Assembly (NCBI GenBank): GCA_002841025.1
Contig: PHDQ01000001.1
Span: 1-51,224, forward strand
Source of the DNA: Bacteroidetes bacterium HGW-Bacteroidetes-13
GTDB lineage: Bacteria > Bacteroidota > Bacteroidia > Flavobacteriales > Flavobacteriaceae
DNA length: 51,224 nt
Direction of reading: 5' to 3'
The position numbers were made by a program, and so were the translations under genes. Below are positions 27,997 to 36,532 of this stretch, piece by piece (position 1 is the stretch's first letter; each line of letters starts with the position of its first letter). The notes under the pieces are model-generated. The model ran no database searches. It had not been told where the DNA came from and worked only from the letters and a program-made list of their open reading frames with translations.

Positions 27997-28320
27997 ATGT
28001 CATTAGAAGGAAAACATTCATTTGGTAGCATCGGGGAAACTCGGGTGACCTTTGTAGAGAAAAACACAGATGAAACTCGGAAGAATTTCCTTGAAAAACT
28101 GCTGATACACAACGGATTTGAGGTAATCATCGATGAAATAGAAAAAAAATCGGAGGAAGACCCGCAACTTTACACGGTCGCCGTAACCGACATGGTTTTT
28201 AATCCCACAATTTGGGTTTATGAACGCAAACTCAAAACCTTTGACGGACACAAAGTAACCCCGGCTTATTGGGAACAAAAAACGGAAGACACCAACCCGA
28301 TGTATTGGAAGAATTCATAG
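27997..28320 (+). CDS. Hypothetical soluble protein at the tail of the nuo operon
   Basis: 107 aa counted from the first ATG (the ORF-track TTG at 27973 lies inside the heptamer array). It has acidic, soluble composition and I recognise no motif. Confidence 0.55.
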   Translation: MSLEGKHSFGSIGETRVTFVEKNTDETRKNFLEKLLIHNGFEVIIDEIEKKSEEDPQLYTVAVTDMVFNPTIWVYERKLKTFDGHKVTPAYWEQKTEDTNPMYWKNS

Positions 28321-28422
28321 AAAACGGGGTCGAAGGTTTCAATCTTATGTTAATTTTAAGGATATCTTCACTTTATTCAAATATTTGTTTGTGAATCTTT
28401 GTTTTTTTAAAACACACCTAAA

Positions 28423-28893
28423 ATGATTCCTGCAACACACCTACACGCGATATTAATTCATTTTCCAATTGCCCTAATTTTAGTGGGTTTTTTCTCGGAA
28501 ATTATTGCATTATTGAGCAAAAGAGATTTTTTTAAAAAATCAGCTTCCTACCTATTGCTATTGGGAGTTTTGGGTGTAATCGCCGCCTACATCAGTGGTG
28601 GTTATGCAGGTGAGGGCATAGAAGAAGGGCCGTTGAAAATCCCCATGGAGATGCACGAAGATGCTGCTTTGATCACGCTTTGGATTGCTATCTTAATTGC
28701 TTTTTTCCAATTGGTTGTCATCTATTTCAACTACAAAAAACTTTGGACACGATTGGTCGGCTTACTTTTGTTCCTAGCATTGGTCGGTGCTGTAGTTAGA
28801 ACCGGCTATTTGGGTGGTCAATTGGTTTATAGTCATGGTGCGGGCGTTGAGTTGGCTTTGCCCGATTTTAATAACCCTACAACTGAAGACTGA
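28423..28893 (+). CDS. DUF2231-family integral membrane protein
   Basis: 156 aa with 4 TM segments. It has the N-terminal HLHAILIHFPIAL signature and a C-terminal GGQLVYSHGAGV motif. Confidence 0.75.
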   Translation: MIPATHLHAILIHFPIALILVGFFSEIIALLSKRDFFKKSASYLLLLGVLGVIAAYISGGYAGEGIEEGPLKIPMEMHEDAALITLWIAILIAFFQLVVIYFNYKKLWTRLVGLLLFLALVGAVVRTGYLGGQLVYSHGAGVELALPDFNNPTTED

Positions 28894-28902
28894 TTCATAC
28901 CG

Positions 28903-28910
28903 TATCTTTG
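28903..28910 (+). promoter_or_regulatory. Candidate -7 box (TATCTTTG) for the response-regulator gene
   Basis: It matches TAnnTTTG 21 nt upstream of the ATG at 28931. Confidence 0.35.
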
Positions 28911-28930
28911 TGTAATTTTAAATGTAAACT

Positions 28931-29608
28931 ATGCGAATATTAATCGTTGAAGACGAAACATCGATTGCAAATTTCCTGCGTGATGGATTGGAAGAAGAAG
29001 GCTTTGCCGTGGACGTTTCCAACAACGGCAAGGAGGGTCTCCAACTGGCGCAAGACAACTTGGAAAACTTTGATGTCATCTTACTCGATTGGATGCTTCC
29101 GGGTATGAGTGGTATTGAAATTTGCCGTCGCATCAGACTAGAAAACAAGCGTATTCCCATCATTTTTCTCACCTCAAAAGACACCGTTGACGATGCTGTT
29201 TTCGGATTAGAAACCGGCGCAAACGATTACATCCGCAAGCCTTTTTCCTTTGAAGAACTATTGGCGCGTATTCGGGTGCTCATGCGCAAAAACGAAACTG
29301 AAATGACTGTTTTTACCACCGGAAATATCGAAATGAACATAGAAAAACACACCGTTACCAAAAAGGATAGACCTATAGAACTTACCCCTAAAGAATTTTC
29401 GTTGCTGGAATATTTTATCAGAAACAAAGGCAATGTATGCAGGCGTACCCGAATCATAGAAAAAGTTTGGGATATACATTTTGATTATGACAATTCCGTC
29501 ATTGATGTTTATATCAATGCCTTGCGGAAAAAATTAGATGAGCCTGACGCACCTTCTTTTATCACAACTGTAAGGGGAATTGGATACAAAATTGAAGCAG
29601 AAGACTAA
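28931..29608 (+). CDS. OmpR-family response regulator, heavy-metal (CusR-like) subtype
   Basis: MRILIVEDE...ILLDWMLPGMSG...KPFSFEELLARIRVLMRK receiver domain plus a winged-helix output (TPKEFSLLEYF...VRGIGYK). Confidence 0.9.
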   Translation: MRILIVEDETSIANFLRDGLEEEGFAVDVSNNGKEGLQLAQDNLENFDVILLDWMLPGMSGIEICRRIRLENKRIPIIFLTSKDTVDDAVFGLETGANDYIRKPFSFEELLARIRVLMRKNETEMTVFTTGNIEMNIEKHTVTKKDRPIELTPKEFSLLEYFIRNKGNVCRRTRIIEKVWDIHFDYDNSVIDVYINALRKKLDEPDAPSFITTVRGIGYKIEAED

Positions 29609-29610
29609 AC

Positions 29611-30981
29611 ATGAAGTTCAAAAGTCGCATCGCGTTTTTTAACATGATAGCCGTAGCGGTTACATCTTCTTTGGTCTTTGTTGCCATTTATTTTGTATTG
29701 AGAGAAACCGCCTATTCACATTTGGACAACGACATCGTTTTAGAAAAAAATGAAATTTTAGGCAATATTGATTGGCACAAAGATTCTCTTATTATCAGAA
29801 AATTGCCGGAATGGAATGAATATGAACACAATAAAGTTGAAGTCAATCCTACCTTTCTTCAGATAGTTGACGCAACGGGCAAGATCGTTTTTCATTCGGA
29901 TAATTTGTTAGAAGATCAATTTCTTTTTAATCCGGCTAATACCCAAGAAACCTATTACAACAGTGAAATCAGTGGGCAAAAAATCAGACTTGGACAGTTT
30001 GCGATAAAAAATGAAGCCCATAAAATCATCGGACAACTGACCATTGCCATCTCTCGTCAAGAATCTGCCGCAATTTTCAACAGTTTGATAATCGTTTTGC
30101 TCATTTCTTTTCCGCTGATGCTAATCGGGCAATACGCCGCTTCCACATTCGCTGCAACCAAGGCAATCAAGCCGGTACACCAACTTATCAAAACCACATC
30201 CGGTATCGGCAATTCAAACCTAAGTACGCGTTTGGTCTTGCCGGAAAGAAAAGATGAGTTGTACTTGCTCACCAACACCATCAATGAATTGCTTGCTCGT
30301 ATCGAGAAAAGCATGCTACAACAAAAACAATTTACCGGTGACGCGTCACACGAAATCAGGACACCGCTGGCCGCAATCCGAGGTACTTTGGAAGTTTTGA
30401 TACGAAAACAGCGCGAGCCAATCGTCTATGAAGAAAAAATCAGTACAATCATCAATCAGGTAGATCGATTGGATGTCTTACTCGATCAGTTGTTGCAACT
30501 TACCCGAATCGAATCCGGCGCATCATTTGCTAAAAAAGAAGTTGTAAATCTCGAGTCTTTTATCAATTCATTATGTGAAAAATGGTGTGCAATCATTTCT
30601 GATAAAGGCATCAAACAACATATTCAAATTACCAAAGATGCAGAAGTGATTGTCGATCGTTTTTTTCTGGAATTAATGCTCGATAATTTGGTCGTCAATG
30701 CCGTTAAATACGGTAAAAACAATGGGAATATCTTTGTGATTTGGAATCCAGATTCTCATACGCTCGACATCAAAGACGATGGCATCGGTATTGCGTCCGA
30801 GCACTTACCGAATATTTTTAACAGTTTTTATCGTACAGACGAATCCAGAAGTTCCACCATCAAAGGGAATGGACTCGGACTTTCCATTGTGAAAAAATTG
30901 TCTGAAATTCAAAACATTACACTTACCGTAAAAAGTGAAGTAGGCGTAGGCAGTACTTTCACACTTCAATTTCCCACTTAG
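29611..30981 (+). CDS. Sensor histidine kinase (CusS-like, 2 TM + periplasmic loop + HAMP + HisKA/HATPase)
   Basis: H-box DASHEIRTPLAAIRG, N-box LVVNAVKYG, and G-boxes DDGIGI and GNGLGLSIVK. It begins 2 nt after the regulator gene. Confidence 0.9.
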   Translation: MKFKSRIAFFNMIAVAVTSSLVFVAIYFVLRETAYSHLDNDIVLEKNEILGNIDWHKDSLIIRKLPEWNEYEHNKVEVNPTFLQIVDATGKIVFHSDNLLEDQFLFNPANTQETYYNSEISGQKIRLGQFAIKNEAHKIIGQLTIAISRQESAAIFNSLIIVLLISFPLMLIGQYAASTFAATKAIKPVHQLIKTTSGIGNSNLSTRLVLPERKDELYLLTNTINELLARIEKSMLQQKQFTGDASHEIRTPLAAIRGTLEVLIRKQREPIVYEEKISTIINQVDRLDVLLDQLLQLTRIESGASFAKKEVVNLESFINSLCEKWCAIISDKGIKQHIQITKDAEVIVDRFFLELMLDNLVVNAVKYGKNNGNIFVIWNPDSHTLDIKDDGIGIASEHLPNIFNSFYRTDESRSSTIKGNGLGLSIVKKLSEIQNITLTVKSEVGVGSTFTLQFPT

Positions 30982-31037
30982 TCTTTAATTAAGCGGATTT
31001 TAAGGTTTGACAAAGGAAATTTAAACACAGGTCAAGA

Positions 31038-31045
31038 TACTTTTG
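31038..31045 (+). promoter_or_regulatory. Candidate -7 box (TACTTTTG) for the rubrerythrin-like gene
   Basis: It matches TAnnTTTG 40 nt upstream of the ATG at 31085. Confidence 0.35.
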
Positions 31046-31084
31046 ACTCGTAAAATAGTCCTTTAAACATCTTAAAATCAAAAA

Positions 31085-31780
31085 ATGAAAAAGTCAACAA
31101 TTATCCTGCTTATGGCAGTAACAATCTCCGGAACCACACTACTGTCGTGTAAAGACAATGCAAACAAGGAATCCGGCTTGCAAAAACCAATCGCACAAAC
31201 AAAAGAGTTAGCTGTCGATGAAGCGATTGAATTAACGGTCAAAAACCTTCAAGCCGCCTATAATGGCGAAACAACTGCGAGCGCAAAGTATGAAGCATAC
31301 AGTCAAAAAGCTAAAGAAGAAGGTTATCTTGAAATTGCCATGTTATTTCATGCCGCATCCATGGCAGAAAATATTCATGCAAACAATCACAAAGTGGTTT
31401 TAGAAGAATCCGGTCAAACAATCGCTGAAATTATTCCAGAGTTTACCGTGAAATCAACAAAAGAAAATTTGGAAGACGCTATTGAGGGCGAAGGTTATGA
31501 ATCTACTGTTATGTATCCGGATTTTATGATTACAGCAAAAGCAGCTAAAAATGAATTGGCAGGTATCAGTCTAAATTATGCCTATCGAACTGAACTAAAA
31601 CACCTAAAAATGTACAAAGCGGCGCTCGAAGCCTTGCAAAACAAAACAGACAAATCTTTGCCTACTGTTTATTTTATCTGTCCGACTTGTGGAAATACCT
31701 ACCAAGGCACAACGCCTAAACGCTGTGGTATATCGATGACCAATTCGGAAAGATTCATCAAAGTAACTTCTCTAAATTAA
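31085..31780 (+). CDS. Rubrerythrin-family diiron protein with a lipoprotein signal peptide
   Basis: Lipobox TLLSC|KDN. Two E...ExxH half-sites are present (GETTASAKYEAY...ENIHANNH and EGEGYEST...ELKHLKMY). The C-terminal rubredoxin-like ribbon is CPTCG...RCG, with only 3 Cys. Confidence 0.75.
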   Translation: MKKSTIILLMAVTISGTTLLSCKDNANKESGLQKPIAQTKELAVDEAIELTVKNLQAAYNGETTASAKYEAYSQKAKEEGYLEIAMLFHAASMAENIHANNHKVVLEESGQTIAEIIPEFTVKSTKENLEDAIEGEGYESTVMYPDFMITAKAAKNELAGISLNYAYRTELKHLKMYKAALEALQNKTDKSLPTVYFICPTCGNTYQGTTPKRCGISMTNSERFIKVTSLN

Positions 31781-31806
31781 AAACATCAACATTAAATACA
31801 TAAACT

Positions 31807-32325
31807 ATGGATGCTACTCACTTACATTTAGCTTTGACACATTTTCCAATAATTGGAACAATCGTGGGTGTTTTAATCCTGGCATACGGTCTCTTTTCGA
31901 AAAATGATTCTGTCATCAAAGCGGCTTTGGGCACTTTTGTTCTCATGGCAATCTTGACAATCCCTGTTTTTCTTACCGGCGAGCCAGCAGCAGAAACAGT
32001 TGAGAATCTTCCCGGTGTTTCTGAAAACATTATTGAAGAACACGAAGAATTAGCAGAAAAAGCTATTTGGCTGATGGGATTGTTGGGTATTCTTTCAATC
32101 TTTGGCTTGTATGCAATCTATAGAAGATTATCGTTTTCAAAAATCATAACAACAGCCGTGTTGATAATTTCTTTGGCTACTTCCGGCTTATTTGCATACG
32201 TGGGAAATTTAGGCGGTCAAATACGCCACACAGAAATCAGAACGAACGCCACCAACGCGCAAAGTGATAACAATACGGAAAATAAAAATTCACCCAATGG
32301 TGAAGAAGATAAAGACGATGATTAA
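31807..32325 (+). CDS. DUF2231-family integral membrane protein (second copy)
   Basis: HLHLALTHFPIIGTIVG signature, 4 TM segments, a GGQIRHTEI motif and an acidic, low-complexity tail. Confidence 0.75.
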   Translation: MDATHLHLALTHFPIIGTIVGVLILAYGLFSKNDSVIKAALGTFVLMAILTIPVFLTGEPAAETVENLPGVSENIIEEHEELAEKAIWLMGLLGILSIFGLYAIYRRLSFSKIITTAVLIISLATSGLFAYVGNLGGQIRHTEIRTNATNAQSDNNTENKNSPNGEEDKDDD

Positions 32326-32356
32326 CAAGGTAGTATAAATAACTTTAAAAAAAAGT

Positions 32357-32396
32357 GTGTGATAGTTTACTTAAGGTTGACTATCACACTTTTTTT
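32357..32396 (+). terminator. Rho-independent terminator closing the DUF2231/TCS/rubrerythrin cluster
   Basis: GTGTGATAG (32357-32365) pairs with CTATCACAC (32381-32389) and is followed by TTTTTTT. Confidence 0.75.
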
Positions 32397-32550
32397 ATGC
32401 AATTTAAAGAATGTTTTCAAAAACAAAAGTAGGCGGGTTGTTATCGTTTTTTGGTTTTCTATATACCAATTTACAGGAAGATTAACTTTTGAAAACGCTT
32501 TGAAAAATGTTTTTTTCTAAGGCAAAAACGAACTACATCTTTTTTAGTCA

Positions 32551-32558
32551 TACATTTG
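32551..32558 (+). promoter_or_regulatory. Candidate -7 box (TACATTTG) for the DUF1003 gene
   Basis: It matches TAnnTTTG 22 nt upstream of the ATG at 32580. Confidence 0.35.
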
Positions 32559-32579
32559 AACGTATCCAATTCTACAAAA

Positions 32580-33296
32580 ATGAAAACCTTCACCAGCAGT
32601 CTTTCCCAAACAGAATTCCCGGAAAGCGAAAAAATCCATGCCAATACAATTCGGAAATCAATCTTCGACTTGATTGTAAAAGATTGTAAAACTTTCTCTC
32701 GAAAAAGCTACCTGTCAATTTCTGAGCTAAACAGATATCGCCAAAAATACATAGCCGAGTATTTGTTAAATGACGTGGGTGAATTAACTGCATTGGAAGA
32801 AGATGTGTTAAAAACGATTGAAAACCACGAAACCATATCTGCCAAATTGAATATCGACAGCAATTCGGCAAAGTTTACCATGGGCCAACGACTTGCCGAC
32901 AAAATCGCTTCGTTTGGAGGAAGTTGGCGGTTTATCATATTTTTTGGTGTTTTCATCATTTTATGGATCTTCGGAAATATTTATTTTCTATTGAACAAAG
33001 GTTTTGACCCCTATCCATTTATATTGCTGAATCTAATTCTGTCCTGTCTGGCAGCTCTTCAAGCACCGGTGATTATGATGAGTCAAAACAGACAGGAAGA
33101 AAAAGACAGAGAGCGCTCAAAACTTGACTATATGGTCAATCTTAAGTCAGAATTGGAAATCCGCATGTTGCACGAAAAAATAGATCATTTAATCATTCAT
33201 CAACAACAGGAATTATTGAACATTCAGCAAGTTCAAGTCGAAATGATGGATGATATCATGAAACAATTGAATTTTAAACAGTCTGATAAAACATAA
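32580..33296 (+). CDS. DUF1003-family membrane protein
   Basis: The core FGGSWRFIIFFGVFIILW...FDPYPFILLNLILSCLAALQAPVIMMSQNRQEEKDR is typical of DUF1003. The first ATG is at 32580, since the ORF-track start at 32556 is a TTG. Confidence 0.8.
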   Translation: MKTFTSSLSQTEFPESEKIHANTIRKSIFDLIVKDCKTFSRKSYLSISELNRYRQKYIAEYLLNDVGELTALEEDVLKTIENHETISAKLNIDSNSAKFTMGQRLADKIASFGGSWRFIIFFGVFIILWIFGNIYFLLNKGFDPYPFILLNLILSCLAALQAPVIMMSQNRQEEKDRERSKLDYMVNLKSELEIRMLHEKIDHLIIHQQQELLNIQQVQVEMMDDIMKQLNFKQSDKT

Positions 33297-33301
33297 AAAT
33301 T

Positions 33302-36300
33302 TTAAAACTGAATCGCACCCACACCAGCTTCCCACAATTGTTTGTTGAAATAGGGAATACGCGTGTTGATTAAATCATCCGCTTGCGCTTTCAAGGTTTT
33401 CCATTGGGTATCTAATTCCGCTTTTCTATCGATGGAAGGCTGATTCACCCGCGGGATGGCACTTTCGGTTTGGTTTATCAAATAGATGTATTCTGCGGTA
33501 AACTTATTCGGAAAATTTTCCACATCGTCATAAGCTTTTGATTTGCGTTGAATCATCGCTTCGTCCCAAGTCACCAGTTCTTTCAACAAATCATTCCCCG
33601 ATTGAATCAACGCTTCATTTCCCCCGTTTTTTTGGAGACTTTGAATGGCTTTTGAAATTTGATTTTGAACATTTTTCAAGCGGTTTACCTTTTGATGCAT
33701 TTCGGTCAGCGATTGTTCCATCGAAGTCATGATTTCGTCATAGGCAGCAAATTCGCTCGCTGTTGTTTGATAGAGCGGATTCTCAACGATAACAGACTGG
33801 GTAGAAACCGTTTCATCGCCTACTTTCAATTCGATGGTGTAAGTTCCGGGCGATACAACATGACCTCGGTAGTTGGCTTCGAGATAAGCTCCTGTAACCC
33901 CGGGCATAATCGGATGGCGCATGTTCCAAACAAACCGATTCAATCCTTCATTTTTAGAAAGCGTTGGAGCAGGGGGTGGGCCTCCTTCATATTTTTGAAA
34001 CATTGTGTCTTTGACAGAAGTAAACATATTGACAATTTCACCTTTGTCATTTTTGATGGTCAGCTCAACGGCTGTTTTATCGGTCGATTTTGGCAAGTTG
34101 TAATAAACAACCAGGCCATTTGCCGGATTAACACCTTCCAGCGGATGGGTGCCGTCAAAGTCTGTGCTGTCGCCGTTCAACGGACTTCCCCAAAAGCCAT
34201 ATACTGCGTTTTCAGGTTGAAATAATTTTACTTTACTTTCTGGTTTGTATTGCACCAAAACCGCCAAATCATCGAGTATCCAGAACGATCTGCCGGAAGT
34301 AGCCACAATCAAATCACCTTTGTGAATCATCAAATCTGTGATGGGTGTCACGGGAAGATTCAATTGAAAAGGTTCCCAAGAAGTCCCGCCATTCCAAGAA
34401 ATGTAAACTCCGGTTTCAGTTCCTGCATACAGCAAATCTTTTCTGTTGGGGTCTTCTCTCACCACGCGGGTGAAAGCACCATACGGAATTCCTGCGTTGA
34501 TACTCGTCCAGGTTTTACCGTAATCGGTGGTTTTGTACAATCCCGGTGTGTGGTCGTTAAATTTATAGCGCGTAGTCGCAATATAGGCTGTTGACGGATT
34601 GTTCGGCGATACTTCTATCGAATTAATCAAGCATTCTTTTAACCCTTTCGGAGTCACATTCGTCCAAGTTTTGCCACCATCTTTGGTGAGTTGTACCAAA
34701 CCGTCATCGCTGCCAGTCCAGATAATCCCTTTTTCGGTAGGTGATTCTATGAGATAACTCAAAGTCCCGTAGTTTTCGGCTCCCACGGCTTCATTGGTAT
34801 AAGGCCCGCCTCCGTTGCCTTGTTTTTCATCAATGTTACGGGTCAAATCGGGAGAAATTTCTTGCCAAGTGAGTCCCATGTCTGTGGTTTTCAACACCAA
34901 TTGCGCACCGTGATAATAGGTGTTTGGCTCGTGTTTAGACCGGATGATGGGCGCATTCCAATTGAACAGATATTTCATGTTTCGCGCTTCACGACCCAAA
35001 TATTGTATCGGTGCTTCCATGATGTTGGTCGCTGCTTTTGCCTGCATGTCCAGCACTTCAATGGTTCCCAAATAACTACCGCCCATCACATAACGCGGAT
35101 TGTCCGGATCGAATGCCAAAAAAGCACTTTCACCACCAGCCGAGTCCATCCAATCTTTTTCGGATATACTCGAACGACCCAATGAAAGACTGGCAATTCT
35201 CAGTGAAGCGTTGTCTTGCTGACCGCCGTAGATGTTGAATGGAAACAAATTGTCCGCGTTGATGCGGTAGATTTGTGCCGTCGGCATGTTGGCTTGGGTG
35301 GACCAGGTTTTACCGTAATCATAGGAAACCGACGACCCACCGTCGTCTGACATGAGCAGGTTTTTTGAATTTGCAGGATTGATCCACAAGTCGTGGTAAT
35401 CACCGTGCGCACCTTCAATTTCTTCCCAAGTCTTGCCACCGTCTATGGAGCGTAAAGCTTGCGCACTCATCACATAGACCGTGTTTTCGTTGTTCGGGTC
35501 GGCAAAAACTTCAATATAATACCAAGCGCGTTGTGTCAACCGATTGTCGTCGCTCACGCGAGACCAATTTTTCCCACCGTCATCAGAAGCAAACAATCCG
35601 CCCAAATCTTTGTCGCTGTCACTTTCGATGAGCGCATACACTTTGTCGGAATTGGCGCGGCTGACGGCAATGGCCATTTTACCCATTTCTTTGGGAAGCC
35701 CTTCGTGAATTTTCACCCAAGTTTCGCCGCTGTCTGTTGATTTGTACAACCCACTGCCTTCGCCACCACTGATTACTTTCCAGGGTTTGCGTTGGTGTTC
35801 CCACATGGCTGCATATAAGATATTCGGAAAATTCATATCCATCGATAATTCCACAGCACCGGTTAAATCGTTGACAAACAAAACATTTTTCCATGTTTTA
35901 CCACCATCGACCGATTTGTAAACGCCACGTTCCTTGTTGGGACCAAACAAAGCACCTTGTGCGGCTACAAAAACAATATCCGGATTGGTCGGATGAATAG
36001 TGATTCTCGATATGTGTTGGGAGTTTTCAAGTCCTATTTTAGTCCAGGTTTTTCCGGCATCGACCGATTTGTAAACACCGTCTCCATAGGATGTCATCAC
36101 TCCGCGCACGGCGTGTTCTCCCATGCCGCAATACAGGATATTTGGGTTGGATTCCGAAACAGCAACCGCTCCGACCGAACCCGTTTTAAAAAAACCATCG
36201 GATATGTTTTTCCAGCGTTGACCACCGTCGTTGGTCTTCCAAAGTCCGCCGCCGGTAGTCCCCATGTAGTAGGTGAGGGGATCGCCGACTACGCCGGTTC

Positions 36301-36433
36301 CCGTAACAGAACGACCTCCGCGAAACGGACCGATGTTTCTGTACTTGAGTGGTTTGAAATAGGTGTTGGCATCCTGAGCCATCAGACCGCCCGTAAACAG
36401 AAGCAGTAAAAAAGTAAGGTGTAATTTTTTCAT
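33302..36433 (-). CDS. BNR/Asp-box sortilin (VPS10)-like beta-propeller protein, paralogue of 5745-8762
   Basis: 1043 aa with a signal peptide and many Asp-boxes ([72 protein letters not shown]). It is collinear with the first copy. Confidence 0.8.
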   Translation of the reverse strand: MKKLHLTFLLLLFTGGLMAQDANTYFKPLKYRNIGPFRGGRSVTGTGVVGDPLTYYMGTTGGGLWKTNDGGQRWKNISDGFFKTGSVGAVAVSESNPNILYCGMGEHAVRGVMTSYGDGVYKSVDAGKTWTKIGLENSQHISRITIHPTNPDIVFVAAQGALFGPNKERGVYKSVDGGKTWKNVLFVNDLTGAVELSMDMNFPNILYAAMWEHQRKPWKVISGGEGSGLYKSTDSGETWVKIHEGLPKEMGKMAIAVSRANSDKVYALIESDSDKDLGGLFASDDGGKNWSRVSDDNRLTQRAWYYIEVFADPNNENTVYVMSAQALRSIDGGKTWEEIEGAHGDYHDLWINPANSKNLLMSDDGGSSVSYDYGKTWSTQANMPTAQIYRINADNLFPFNIYGGQQDNASLRIASLSLGRSSISEKDWMDSAGGESAFLAFDPDNPRYVMGGSYLGTIEVLDMQAKAATNIMEAPIQYLGREARNMKYLFNWNAPIIRSKHEPNTYYHGAQLVLKTTDMGLTWQEISPDLTRNIDEKQGNGGGPYTNEAVGAENYGTLSYLIESPTEKGIIWTGSDDGLVQLTKDGGKTWTNVTPKGLKECLINSIEVSPNNPSTAYIATTRYKFNDHTPGLYKTTDYGKTWTSINAGIPYGAFTRVVREDPNRKDLLYAGTETGVYISWNGGTSWEPFQLNLPVTPITDLMIHKGDLIVATSGRSFWILDDLAVLVQYKPESKVKLFQPENAVYGFWGSPLNGDSTDFDGTHPLEGVNPANGLVVYYNLPKSTDKTAVELTIKNDKGEIVNMFTSVKDTMFQKYEGGPPPAPTLSKNEGLNRFVWNMRHPIMPGVTGAYLEANYRGHVVSPGTYTIELKVGDETVSTQSVIVENPLYQTTASEFAAYDEIMTSMEQSLTEMHQKVNRLKNVQNQISKAIQSLQKNGGNEALIQSGNDLLKELVTWDEAMIQRKSKAYDDVENFPNKFTAEYIYLINQTESAIPRVNQPSIDRKAELDTQWKTLKAQADDLINTRIPYFNKQLWEAGVGAIQF

Positions 36434-36450
36434 GTTAAGTTTGTTTGTAT

Positions 36451-36458
36451 CAAAGATA
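36451..36458 (-). promoter_or_regulatory. Candidate -7 box for the second BNR gene
   Basis: Plus-strand CAAAGATA equals minus-strand TATCTTTG, 18 nt upstream of the start at 36433. Confidence 0.35.
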
Positions 36459-36532
36459 ATGGATTTTAGGACTTATCAAATGTATTTTAGTGCCCTTTAA
36501 AACACAAAAAAATCTTACATTTAAACTTTCCA

